In this document: positions 24,749-33,741 of the stretch, piece by piece
Position numbering within the stretch: position 1 is the stretch's first letter
Layout: each line of letters starts with the position of its first letter
Virus record (IMG/VR): IMGVR_UViG_3300043428_000023
Location: 1 to 36,891 of that record
Strand: one strand, 5' to 3'
Length of the DNA stretch: 36,891 nucleotides
Origin: a virus
Taxonomy: Duplodnaviria; Caudoviricetes
Made by a program: the position numbers and the translations under genes
Notes under the pieces: model-generated
The model's database searches: none
What the model was told of the DNA's origin: nothing
What the model saw: the letters and a program-made list of their open reading frames with translations, nothing else

Positions 24749-25051
24749 TCACCAAGGCAAGCCGTTCAGGGTTACCGGGTTCTTCTGGGCTTCGATCTGC
24801 TGCAACAGGCTGGCCTCTGCGGCGTCCTTGTCCACGGAACCCCAGACCCACGCCAGAACGTCGGCTTCGGTCAAGGTGTCGTAGGGCTTGAAGCCCGCTG
24901 CGGTGGCGTCAGGAGTGAAGCCTGCGGTGCTGTATGCGGAGGCGCTGTAGTCCCCGTCAACGGCAGTCACGGTCCAGTGGGCGGTCGTCACGCCACCATC
25001 AGCGGCATTGCGGTCGAGTTGGGAAATCTTCCAAGTGATGACGGCGGTCAT
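24749..25051 (-). CDS. Tail-fibre-associated hypothetical protein (100 aa)
   Basis: W.I..LDR...DGGVTTAHW...FKPYDTLTEADVLAWV...GLPW; downstream of the tail fibre. Confidence 0.8.
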   Translation of the reverse strand: MTAVITWKISQLDRNAADGGVTTAHWTVTAVDGDYSASAYSTAGFTPDATAAGFKPYDTLTEADVLAWVWGSVDKDAAEASLLQQIEAQKNPVTLNGLPW

Positions 25052-25260
25052 TCGGTTTCTCCTTGTGCCAGCGAGGCGGTGAGCATGTTGACGAAGGCAT
25101 CACGGCCAACCTGAAGCTGGTCAAGGTTGAACCGTGTCGAACCGATCTTGCGGTCCAGATCAGCAACGTGATTGATGAGCATCTTCTGCTCGTCCGTCAG
25201 TTGGTCTTCACTATATTCGATATCGTTGATCGTGATGGTTTGCGGTGTTTTCTGAGCCAT
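25048..25260 (-). CDS. Tail-fibre-associated small coiled-coil protein (70 aa)
   Basis: ITINDIEY..DQLTDEQK..INHVADLDRK; GGAGG RBS. Confidence 0.8.
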   Translation of the reverse strand: MAQKTPQTITINDIEYSEDQLTDEQKMLINHVADLDRKIGSTRFNLDQLQVGRDAFVNMLTASLAQGETE

Positions 25261-25279
25261 CGTGATCCTCCTTTCGGGG

Positions 25280-25537
25280 TTAGGGGTTAAGTCGCTGCGC
25301 CTCTAGATGCGCCTGATATGCAGACTTAACCGCGTTCGTGTGGACCAGTGCGGCAATGGCCTGTACCTCGGCAGTTTCGGTTGATACATCATCCAGCGGG
25401 CCTACCACACGACGGTGGAAGCTGCGGCTGATCTCTACGCCATCACGCTCAATGATCGTGGCCGTGCGAACCTGAACGTGCTTAAAGGCCCCGACGATCT
25501 CGATCTTGTCTTCGACTGTGCGTTCCGTGAGTGCCAT
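25280..25537 (-). CDS. Putative tail fibre assembly chaperone (85 aa)
   Basis: MALTERTVEDKIEIVG..HVQVRTATIIERDGVEISRSFHR; directly after the fibre; AAGGAG RBS. Confidence 0.7.
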   Translation of the reverse strand: MALTERTVEDKIEIVGAFKHVQVRTATIIERDGVEISRSFHRRVVGPLDDVSTETAEVQAIAALVHTNAVKSAYQAHLEAQRLNP

Positions 25538-25582
25538 CGTTTATCTCCTTATGGCAGGACTGTCCGACCCCTTGGTGTGGGG

Positions 25583-27907
25583 TTAGGTGGTGTAGTAAGT
25601 CACAGTAAATTTCAAGGTGTCGTTGGTTGTCCATGTCATGGGACTAGTAGCAGTTATTCCCGAATTATAGTTGGGAATACTCGGGACAAGAACGCCCGTC
25701 ACCCCGTCACCCAAAGCCGCCACCGCCTCAAACCAGCGGCTCCCCACATCAAAAACTACGCCATGAACTTTAGTATAGCCAGAGAAGTCGTTAGCCGATG
25801 CAAAGGGCAAGCCCGTAATATCCCCTAGAGTTCCGACAGATGTTGTTGACCCACATATAAAGCCGAAAACAGCCGTAACCAGCCTACCGACTTTTGTGTA
25901 AGTCCCGAAAACCGTGCCGTTCCCTACGGTCAGATTTGTAAAACTAGGCGTCCAAGTCCCCTCCTCGTAGTCATCCAGCAGATTAGCCGAGCCAGAGCCA
26001 CCGAGGTAGACGCCGCCATTTGCAACAATTTGACCTGAACCAGAGGGGCTTGTCGTCGTCCCAACCAGCAGGTTCCCGCTGCCGTCCACCCTGAGGCGCT
26101 CCGTAGGCGGGTTACCATCTCCGACATAGGTTCCGCCGGGGAAAAAGTCTGCAATCGCAAAGGGTGCGCCGGGCTTATGCTGGATGGCCATCACCCCTAC
26201 ACTTGACGCACCAATAGTTATGGATGCACCATAAGTGTTTGCAGCATCCCCTGCGCCGCCAGCGTTAAAAGCGGCAACTAAACCCCTACCATTTGGGTTG
26301 TTTGTATTGCCGCCCGTTCGAAAACTTGTCGCTTCGCCGCTTAGATATGAACTCCCCCCAGCGTTAGAGTTAATGGTCAGCTTAGCGGAAGCCGTCGTCG
26401 TACCAACCAGCAGGTTCCCGCTGCTGTCGATGCGGGCGCGTTCGGTAACATCTGAACTCGCATTTGTGCGCGTACCAAACGTCAGCGCGGAAGCAGCGTC
26501 GCCTGTGTGAACGGCACTGATAGAAGCTGCGGCAACGTTTGCTGATCCGAGAGCGTCAAGCCGCAATGTCGCAGCCGTCGCGTTGGTGCTGGAGTCATTG
26601 CGAATATACGCAATCACCCCGCTCGTAAGTGTGTTGCTGGAGCTGTAGACGGTATTTATGGTGGTGTTCGCTTGGAGCCTTGCCGAAGGCGAAGTCGTCC
26701 CGATCCCCACGTTGCCTGATGCGTCGATACGCATACGCTCCGTCCCGCCCATGCTGAACTTCAGCGGACCTTGGCCTCCAGCGACAAAGCCAACATTGAT
26801 GTCCATGCCGCCAGCGTCAGAGTTGCTTGGGGTCAACTCAACCGCCGTCTTGCTGGTCCGCAGATGCACATCGCCAGAGGAAGACGTGATAGAACCCACG
26901 GAAAGGTCCGCTGTGGGGCTGCTTGTCCCAATCCCTACGTTGCCTGATGCGTCGATGGTGGCTCTCGTTGTTCCGCCAGTACCAAAACGAAGGATGCCTG
27001 CGGTTGCGTCTGTGCTGGACGTGCCGATGAAAGCGCCGTTGGAAAACTGCCCAAGCTGCAAGTAGCCAGATGCGCTGGTGTTCACACGAATGTCTGTGTT
27101 CGTGCCAGCGTTGAGTTCAAGGATCGCACCGGGAGACGCAGTTCCGATCCCGACCAAGCCCGCAGACGTTACCCTGACACGCTCGACACTGGCCGTATGC
27201 AGCAAGAGGTTGTTGCCGCTGTCGTAAGCAATCCGGCCACCGTCAGTGTCAGACGTTTTTCCCAGATCAAGAACCGCAGTGTTGGCATTTCCGCTGGTCA
27301 CACGGGCAACGGTGTCCCCTGTAGACAAGACATGAAGCAACGCACTTGGGCTGGTCGTCCCAATCCCCACGTTGCCAGCGCTTGTAACCCGAACCCGCTC
27401 AACACCAGCCGTCTCCACCGTCATGGTATCAGCCGCAGGGAAGCGAATGGCGGTGTTGGTGTCGCCCGAATGCACGATCTTGTCGGGGATGGTCACATCG
27501 CCAGTGGCCGTGATGGTTGTCCCGGTGATGGCTGCGGCAGACGATCCACCAATGACAGCGCCGTCCACAGTGCCTCCGTTGATGTCGGCGGTGGTTGCAA
27601 CGAGTGAGGTCGTGGTAACCGCAGCAGCAGACGTGCCGCCGATGGTCGTGCCGTCAATGGTGCCGCCGTTGATGTCGGCAGAGGTGATGGTCAGGGATGC
27701 CAGCGTGTTGCCCGAGAGAGCATTGTTCAGGCTGGTGTCGGAGACGTTGGCAAGATCAGCCCGCGCCGCTTCCACACCGCCAGCCGTCGTTCCGTCGTGA
27801 ACGTGGATCGACTTGTTGGTTGTGTTGACGCTGATTTCACCCTCGGCACCCGTGAAGCTGGTGTGCTGGGTGGACGTGCCACGGCGGCGCTGGACTTGTT
27901 TGGTCAT
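25583..27907 (-). CDS. Tail fibre / receptor-binding protein (774 aa) with Mtd-like N-terminal anchor
   Basis: VQRRRGTSTQHTSFTGAEGEI..HDG.TAGG N-terminus; six ER.RI.SxGN.(GI/LV)GT repeats; LDDYEEGTWTP tip domain. Confidence 0.9.
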   Translation of the reverse strand: MTKQVQRRRGTSTQHTSFTGAEGEISVNTTNKSIHVHDGTTAGGVEAARADLANVSDTSLNNALSGNTLASLTITSADINGGTIDGTTIGGTSAAAVTTTSLVATTADINGGTVDGAVIGGSSAAAITGTTITATGDVTIPDKIVHSGDTNTAIRFPAADTMTVETAGVERVRVTSAGNVGIGTTSPSALLHVLSTGDTVARVTSGNANTAVLDLGKTSDTDGGRIAYDSGNNLLLHTASVERVRVTSAGLVGIGTASPGAILELNAGTNTDIRVNTSASGYLQLGQFSNGAFIGTSSTDATAGILRFGTGGTTRATIDASGNVGIGTSSPTADLSVGSITSSSGDVHLRTSKTAVELTPSNSDAGGMDINVGFVAGGQGPLKFSMGGTERMRIDASGNVGIGTTSPSARLQANTTINTVYSSSNTLTSGVIAYIRNDSSTNATAATLRLDALGSANVAAASISAVHTGDAASALTFGTRTNASSDVTERARIDSSGNLLVGTTTASAKLTINSNAGGSSYLSGEATSFRTGGNTNNPNGRGLVAAFNAGGAGDAANTYGASITIGASSVGVMAIQHKPGAPFAIADFFPGGTYVGDGNPPTERLRVDGSGNLLVGTTTSPSGSGQIVANGGVYLGGSGSANLLDDYEEGTWTPSFTNLTVGNGTVFGTYTKVGRLVTAVFGFICGSTTSVGTLGDITGLPFASANDFSGYTKVHGVVFDVGSRWFEAVAALGDGVTGVLVPSIPNYNSGITATSPMTWTTNDTLKFTVTYYTT

Positions 27908-27948
27908 CTGTCACCTCGGAGGTTATGCCGTCTTATATCATGATTGTA

Positions 27949-28521
27949 CTACTTGGCAGTGATAAAGTTAACAGGGGGAATGACACTTGCCCGAGGCGCG
28001 GAAGCATAAATTCTTCGATACTGAATGTATGTAGTAGATGTGTTCCTCTGCACTCCTGCCGAAAGCCTTGCCCCTGTTGTAGGGCCAACCACAGCAAGCG
28101 CAACTTGCCAGCTTTCAAGCGCCACCCACTCGTCAGATGTTGTTGCGCTTCCACCGTTTGGAACTGAATATTTGTCGCCAATAGCCAGAAGGGAAGACGC
28201 GCTGGCATATGTCAAAGCCCCACTAGCGTCAAAGGTGACCAAGCCATAGCCAGAAGGCGTTGAGAACAGGCTTGCCCTCTTTACGTCCCTGATCTGAAAG
28301 CTGGATTTGTTTCCGATGAACCCTCCGGGGTATTTCGAGATTGCATCGCCGATTTCTAGCTTCCAGAACCTAAGCGTGCCTGCCGGAGTGTTGGCAAAGT
28401 TCCAACCAGCGGTCACAGATGTACCTGAAACTGTTGTCTCGGAGTCAAGAAGATAGGTTGGGGTAGACCCATCCATGACAAGTTCGCCAGCAGCATTCAG
28501 TATGTTGATGCCGTATGTCAT
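27949..28521 (-). CDS. Tail tip accessory protein (190 aa)
   Basis: MTYGINILNAAG and internal SGYGLVTFDASG repeat motif; ATGA coupling. Confidence 0.72.
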   Translation of the reverse strand: MTYGINILNAAGELVMDGSTPTYLLDSETTVSGTSVTAGWNFANTPAGTLRFWKLEIGDAISKYPGGFIGNKSSFQIRDVKRASLFSTPSGYGLVTFDASGALTYASASSLLAIGDKYSVPNGGSATTSDEWVALESWQVALAVVGPTTGARLSAGVQRNTSTTYIQYRRIYASAPRASVIPPVNFITAK

Positions 28522-28799
28522 TTGAACCTGCACACGATAAGATCAAAGTTTGATGTTGGAGAAAGCCCAGCAGGCTGAGAAGTCCATGTTAGAGTTGAGC
28601 CGCTCCAGCTTATGCTAGGTGGCGATCCACCATCGTTAATCTCAAAGAAGACTGCGGAGTTGGCTTCTACAGCGCCAGATGGGATTGCCTGCGATCCTGA
28701 AGCAGTGGTTTTAGTGGCGCGATACACCTCTTGCAGACTTCTTACGTTCTCAAGCGTTGTGACGCCAATCGTTGTCGGGATTGCAAGACCATAACTCAT
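28518..28799 (-). CDS. Tail tip accessory protein (93 aa)
   Basis: MSYGL start immediately after the J-like gene; ATGA coupling. Confidence 0.72.
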   Translation of the reverse strand: MSYGLAIPTTIGVTTLENVRSLQEVYRATKTTASGSQAIPSGAVEANSAVFFEINDGGSPPSISWSGSTLTWTSQPAGLSPTSNFDLIVCRFK

Positions 28800-31700
28800 G
28801 CCAAGTTCCCGATCCTAACGCGCAGTGTGCCGCTGCTGTCGAACACGCTGATCTTGTCGTCTTGGATCACAAGGCGTGCGCCCGATGGTGCGCTTTGCAG
28901 CGTGCCGATGGTTGCGCTGACCGCGGACAATGATGAGACGTTCAGCTTATCAGCCGTGATCGCGCCAGCCGATACCTGTGCCGCCGTGACGGCACCTGCC
29001 GCAATCTTCGAGGTGATGATCGACCCGGCCAAAATTTTGTCAGCCGTGACCGAGTCGACTGCCAGCTTGTCTGCTGTGATCTGACCAGCGGCGATCTTGT
29101 CGCTGACAACCGCGTTGGCCGCGATCTGGTCCGCGTTGACAGCGCCAGCCGAGATCTTGCCAGCGATCACGCTGTTGGCCGCCAGCTTGTCGCTTTCGAT
29201 TGACCCAGCCGCGATCTTGGCCGCCGTGATGGCGTTGGCGGCAACCTTGTCAGCCGTCACCGCGTTGGCCGCGATCTTGTCGGCAGAAATCGCGCCTGCG
29301 CTCACCTTGTCTGCCGTCACCGCGCCAGCATTGATCTGGGTGGCCGTCACGGAGTTGGCCGCGATTTTGCTGGCCGTGATGGCATTGTCGGTGATCTGCG
29401 TCCCGGCGATCTGCCCAGTAAGATCGGTCGCAGGCACGGCGGCTGTCCACGCAGAGCCTGTATAGCGATACATCTTGTTGTCGGTCGTCAGGAGGACAAC
29501 GCGGCCCTGATAAAGGTCAATCGACGGCAGGGCGGCAACAACCTCAATGGGACGCAGGCCGTTGGAGAACAGATCAGCCCCAAGCGTGCCGTCGATGTCG
29601 GTCGTGCTAACAGCCGCCGTCCATGCGCCATCAACAAGGCGATACAGCTTGCCGTCAGTGGTCAGGACAACGATCTGCGGACCGACATAGCCGGCCACCG
29701 TGGGCAGTGTGTTGACCACACCGACAGGCTCAATGCCAGCGGCGAAGCTGGCAAATGTCAGAGAGCCAGCCTCGACCGAAGAAGCCGTATAGATGTCGGT
29801 GGACCAAGACGACGTGGTGGCATCCCAGCGGTAGATCGTGATCTCAGGCAGGAGCAGCACAAGCTGGCCGTCGAAGCCACCTGTAGCTGGCAGCGACGAA
29901 ACAGGCTCAACGCCGAAGGCACCAGCCTCGCTGAAAAGATCGTTGACGGCTTGGTCGAAATCCGCAGGCGCGATCAAGAGCGTGGTCGAGTTGACGGACG
30001 ACGTGAAGGGCGACTTGTTCAGAGAATAGTCAACCGCTCTGATCCAGTGATAGAGCGTCACGTCATTGGCGAGATTGGCGCGGACAAAGTTTGAGCCTGA
30101 CGATTGCCCGATCTGCGTGGCGCTGGCCAGATTGTTGGTCGTGCTTTCCCAGATTTCGACGTGAGCAAAATCCTGATCTGCCGGGTTGATCCAGCGCAGT
30201 TCGATGTATTTCAGACCCGGCGATGATGTGAGGTTCGACGGGGTTCCGGGAGGCGTCGTGTCGCCGACTGATGCAATCGAGTTCGTGATGAACGGAGACC
30301 GCACGCCAAGCGAGTTTACGGCGCGGACGCGGACAATGTAGTCGTAACCGTTCAAGACGGGCTGGATCAGGAAGCTGTTGGTCGTTCCGAGTACGCTGAC
30401 ATACTCCGCATCCGGCGTGATGATCGGCTCGTTGGTAAGCCCCCAATCCTCGCTCTCGGTGGCAGACACAGTAATGCTGCCCCAGTTCTCGCTGTCGGTC
30501 TGCGCGTCGGCAATGGAGCCATAATCATCCTCGCCGCCGAGGCGCTTATATTGCACCTCATAGTATTGCACGAAGCGGTCCACCGTGGCCGTCCAAGACG
30601 CACGGATGGCAGGCAGAGCGATGCCGTCATCGTTCAGAACAGTCGTGGCCGTCAGAACAAGGTCGGACGGCGCTGGCACGGTGTTGAAGATCGGCAGCGT
30701 GGTGTTGTTGCTGATGATCGCCGTCTCGTCGGCATCCCAATCAAAGGCTGCCTCTGATGTTTCGCGCAGGGTCAGCTTGACGCGCAGATCGCCAGCATCC
30801 TGATCCGCAAAGAACTGCCAGCCGACGACCTCGAACTCTTTGGCAGACCAGCCGTATCGGCTGTTGGTGATGCCCACGATGTCGCCGACCTGCACGCCGA
30901 AAGCGGCAACGCTAAAGTCTGCGTTCAGGGTGATCTGCTCCCGGCCACGGTTTAGCGTCAGGGCCGCAATGCGCTGGGCGGTGGCCGCCGAGGTTGTGTA
31001 TGGCAGCGTCAGGTCAAGCGGGGTTTCGACGTTGTTGTCTTCCGCCAAATATGCCGCGCTTGTGGCCTCTGGGTAATCAACGACGATGTAGTCTTCATCT
31101 TTATCGGTGAACGTGCCGCGCACGATGTTGAACACGTCGGCCATCGACTGCCGCGTCTGCATCTGGATCGGGCTGCGGAAGTCATCCAGCGTGAAGGTCT
31201 TGACCGGGCTGGTGTAGTGACCAGCCTTGAGTTGCCAGTTGCCCTGACCCCAGAACAACGTGCCAGCGCAGGCCGTCATCATGTCTTGCAGCACGGCACC
31301 CGGCGTCTGATCGGCCCGAATGACGCCGTTCATCGTGTAACGCTTTTCCGTGCCACTGGTGGCCAGCGTGACGTTCTCGTCGCTGATGTTTGCTGCGGAC
31401 GCGAAGGTGGTTTCATTCACGCCAACATCGCCCAAACCATAGTCCGTGATGATGTAATCGCGCACGCAGAGGGCGGCGTTGGAGGAGTGGGCCGTCAGTG
31501 CATTGCGCGGGTCATAGACCTTCTTGCCGTTGACGATGGCAGTGAACAGCGGCATGCCGTTAGGGAATGCGTCTTGGTCATACTCCAAACGGATGTAAAG
31601 GTAGGCGATGCCATAGCCGACAAAGCTGCTGTCGATCTGGTCGCTTTCGGCCAAGAGTTCAGCCGGAGCGGCTGTTTGCGATCCCGTGTACTTCTTGATC

Positions 31701-32164
31701 CTGATCTTACTATTCCAGCTTTGGCTGGTGACGAAGCCATTGGCGTCGAGCGATGCGATCTGATCGTCGATGTAGATGTTGCCGATCGATGCAACCTCAT
31801 GGCCCGCCAGCGTCAGGATGATGTGCAGATACTCGTTCTCACCGCCCGTGGCTTCCATGTAGGTGATGACGCCGCCCTTGCGGACGGTGCCGTAGACATA
31901 CTCCTGCGGGGCTGCGGCCTCGCGTGCGTTGACCAGCGTGCCACGGGTTCCAGAAAGATCAGGCTTGGGCGTCAGGGCGGACATTGCCCAAGATGTGACA
32001 AGCGTGGTGGCGATATATCCGACCGCACCAATAACAAACGTGCTGGTCGTGCTGATGCTCAAAGCGCCAAGGATTGCGTTCCCGATGGTTATCGGGTCTC
32101 GCACCAAATAGCCGGGATGCGAAAGCGACGTTGTGCCTGTCAGAAGCTTTTTAAGCGGCGTCAT
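28796..32164 (-). CDS. Tail tip / host-specificity protein (lambda J-like central fibre, 1122 aa)
   Basis: YVYGTVRKGG, GKKVYDPR and NAALCVRDY; Fn3-like domains; AITADKIAAN repeats; LRVRIGNL end. Confidence 0.9.
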   Translation of the reverse strand: MTPLKKLLTGTTSLSHPGYLVRDPITIGNAILGALSISTTSTFVIGAVGYIATTLVTSWAMSALTPKPDLSGTRGTLVNAREAAAPQEYVYGTVRKGGVITYMEATGGENEYLHIILTLAGHEVASIGNIYIDDQIASLDANGFVTSQSWNSKIRIKKYTGSQTAAPAELLAESDQIDSSFVGYGIAYLYIRLEYDQDAFPNGMPLFTAIVNGKKVYDPRNALTAHSSNAALCVRDYIITDYGLGDVGVNETTFASAANISDENVTLATSGTEKRYTMNGVIRADQTPGAVLQDMMTACAGTLFWGQGNWQLKAGHYTSPVKTFTLDDFRSPIQMQTRQSMADVFNIVRGTFTDKDEDYIVVDYPEATSAAYLAEDNNVETPLDLTLPYTTSAATAQRIAALTLNRGREQITLNADFSVAAFGVQVGDIVGITNSRYGWSAKEFEVVGWQFFADQDAGDLRVKLTLRETSEAAFDWDADETAIISNNTTLPIFNTVPAPSDLVLTATTVLNDDGIALPAIRASWTATVDRFVQYYEVQYKRLGGEDDYGSIADAQTDSENWGSITVSATESEDWGLTNEPIITPDAEYVSVLGTTNSFLIQPVLNGYDYIVRVRAVNSLGVRSPFITNSIASVGDTTPPGTPSNLTSSPGLKYIELRWINPADQDFAHVEIWESTTNNLASATQIGQSSGSNFVRANLANDVTLYHWIRAVDYSLNKSPFTSSVNSTTLLIAPADFDQAVNDLFSEAGAFGVEPVSSLPATGGFDGQLVLLLPEITIYRWDATTSSWSTDIYTASSVEAGSLTFASFAAGIEPVGVVNTLPTVAGYVGPQIVVLTTDGKLYRLVDGAWTAAVSTTDIDGTLGADLFSNGLRPIEVVAALPSIDLYQGRVVLLTTDNKMYRYTGSAWTAAVPATDLTGQIAGTQITDNAITASKIAANSVTATQINAGAVTADKVSAGAISADKIAANAVTADKVAANAITAAKIAAGSIESDKLAANSVIAGKISAGAVNADQIAANAVVSDKIAAGQITADKLAVDSVTADKILAGSIITSKIAAGAVTAAQVSAGAITADKLNVSSLSAVSATIGTLQSAPSGARLVIQDDKISVFDSSGTLRVRIGNLA
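28940..29415 (-). repeat. About 16 tandem decapeptide (30-nt) repeats, consensus AITADKIAAN
   Basis: Counted in the translation from QIAGTQITDN to AITADKLNVS; coordinates approximate. Confidence 0.85.
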
Positions 32165-32591
32165 CGTTTCTCACCCATGCGCTGTCGATGTATTCGATGG
32201 GGTAATATACCACGCCAGCCTCGGAAAGAAACGCCGCGTTTGATCCGACAGATATTCCAAAGCCAACGCCCATATATCTCGCCTGTATCACGCCAGAACT
32301 GCCGACGACCAGCGCGCCTCTCGGTGGCACGTTGTAGGCCTGCGAAAGACGCTCAGACAGCGCGTCCTCGACATTTTGGTAGCCATACTCCCGGCGAAGT
32401 TGGAAGCGCGTCAAAGGGCGTCCTGCGTCCATGTAACGGCCCGCCAGATCATCGCCCCACCCTTTGCCGTACATGCGCCGGAAAGCTGTGTTGGTGAAAA
32501 TCAGGCAATCCCACACGCCCCATTCGAAAGGCCTGTCCGCGACCTCACGCAAGAAGGCGTGCAGCGCCTTTATGCTTCCTTCCTGCCCCAT
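32151..32591 (-). CDS. NlpC/P60-like tail assembly protein
   Basis: PFEWGVWDCLIF and RG.LV motifs; between L-like and J-like genes. Confidence 0.8.
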   Translation of the reverse strand: MGQEGSIKALHAFLREVADRPFEWGVWDCLIFTNTAFRRMYGKGWGDDLAGRYMDAGRPLTRFQLRREYGYQNVEDALSERLSQAYNVPPRGALVVGSSGVIQARYMGVGFGISVGSNAAFLSEAGVVYYPIEYIDSAWVRNDDAA

Positions 32592-33121
32592 ACCACCGAC
32601 TTGTCCTGAAGGTCTGCGACGAAGCTAAAGAAGGTGTCGTCTGGGTGCCGCGCCTGATGGCTTTCGTGCGTATAGCGGCGAACTCTAGCCCGGTTCAGTT
32701 CGATCAGCTTGCTCTCGACCGTCAGAGAGATGTTCGATGTCTCGCCGCTGTCTTCGATGGTCATCGTGTTCATGTAGCCAGAGAACACCTCGACCACATC
32801 AGACACGCTGGAGACGCCGAAGAAGATGCGGCAAATCCGACGCTGATAAGGCTCTGCCAGCGCCAGCGCGACGATGGCATTGTCGATGCCGCTCAGGGTC
32901 AGAGATGCCGACTTGGCCGACAGATCGCCAGCCTCCTCAAGCCCGCTGATCGACATCAGGTTGCCCGTGCCGATGTAGGTGTTGAGGCTGATCGTGCGGT
33001 CGCCGTAGCCCGTCCAGAGCCGCAGGGGAGCCGTGTCGAACATCATCTCAACGGCATAGAACGGATAGACCTCTGGCTGGGCCAGAGCGGTCAGAATGGC
33101 GGCTGGAACGGTTCTCGACAT
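32570..33121 (-). CDS. Tail tip assembly protein (lambda L-like/hub); start revised to 33121
   Basis: LRLWTGYG...Y.G.G.L, LTLSG, FSGYM.TM.I and RRYT.ESHQ..HP.D.FF...Q...V.WG; GGAGG RBS. Confidence 0.8.
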   Translation of the reverse strand: MSRTVPAAILTALAQPEVYPFYAVEMMFDTAPLRLWTGYGDRTISLNTYIGTGNLMSISGLEEAGDLSAKSASLTLSGIDNAIVALALAEPYQRRICRIFFGVSSVSDVVEVFSGYMNTMTIEDSGETSNISLTVESKLIELNRARVRRYTHESHQARHPDDTFFSFVADLQDKSVVWGRKEA

Positions 33122-33741
33122 CAAACAGCCTCCATCGCTGAGAACGTGATGCCGTAGATGCTGGCCTCGTTGATCGACCAAGCCTGCTCGTTGCTGGCCA
33201 ATCTGAAAAGACCCTTGGCGCTGCTTACGGTCACGGCGGCATTGTCGGCTGGCGCGGTGCGGACGTGCGGCCAGAGTTCAAGCGTGACGTTGCCGGAGCC
33301 ATCGCTGTTGGCGTCCTGCAAGACCTTGTGCAAGCGTGCCGTGCCGCCGCTGCCGATCTGCACATAGTCGCCAGCCTTCAGCCAGCCAGTGACGCCGGAT
33401 GTTGCCCCGTCGATGTTGATGGTGCCGCCCGTCTGCGATCCACCCTTGATGAGCGGCGTGCCTGTTGCGACACCACGCGCAGTCGCTCCGAGAGGATCGC
33501 CGAGCAGGAATGTTCCCAGTGATCCGCGCAAGCTGACGAGCCAAGCGACCCACTGTTCAGCGTCTGCACGCTTCATCGGCGGCAATGTCACATCAGCCTG
33601 CCACATCTGACCAGCATAGGCGAAGGCCTGCCCAGCGAAGGTGAACGGGCTTCTGCTGTAGGCCACCGCATTGACGGCCCGCAGTTCGATGCTGCGGATG
33701 CGCGTGTTGGTTGGCATCGACAATGGATAGCTGATCGCCAT
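33121..33741 (-). CDS. Distal tail (Dit) protein
   Basis: SPFTF..Q......W.A..TLPPM...A..W.AWL.SLRG; directly after the tape measure. Confidence 0.78.
   Translation of the reverse strand: MAISYPLSMPTNTRIRSIELRAVNAVAYSRSPFTFAGQAFAYAGQMWQADVTLPPMKRADAEQWVAWLVSLRGSLGTFLLGDPLGATARGVATGTPLIKGGSQTGGTINIDGATSGVTGWLKAGDYVQIGSGGTARLHKVLQDANSDGSGNVTLELWPHVRTAPADNAAVTVSSAKGLFRLASNEQAWSINEASIYGITFSAMEAV

Noticed and set aside
25583-27907. Diversity-generating retroelement suggested by the Mtd-like N-terminus
   Set aside because: No reverse transcriptase, Avd or TR/VR pair seen
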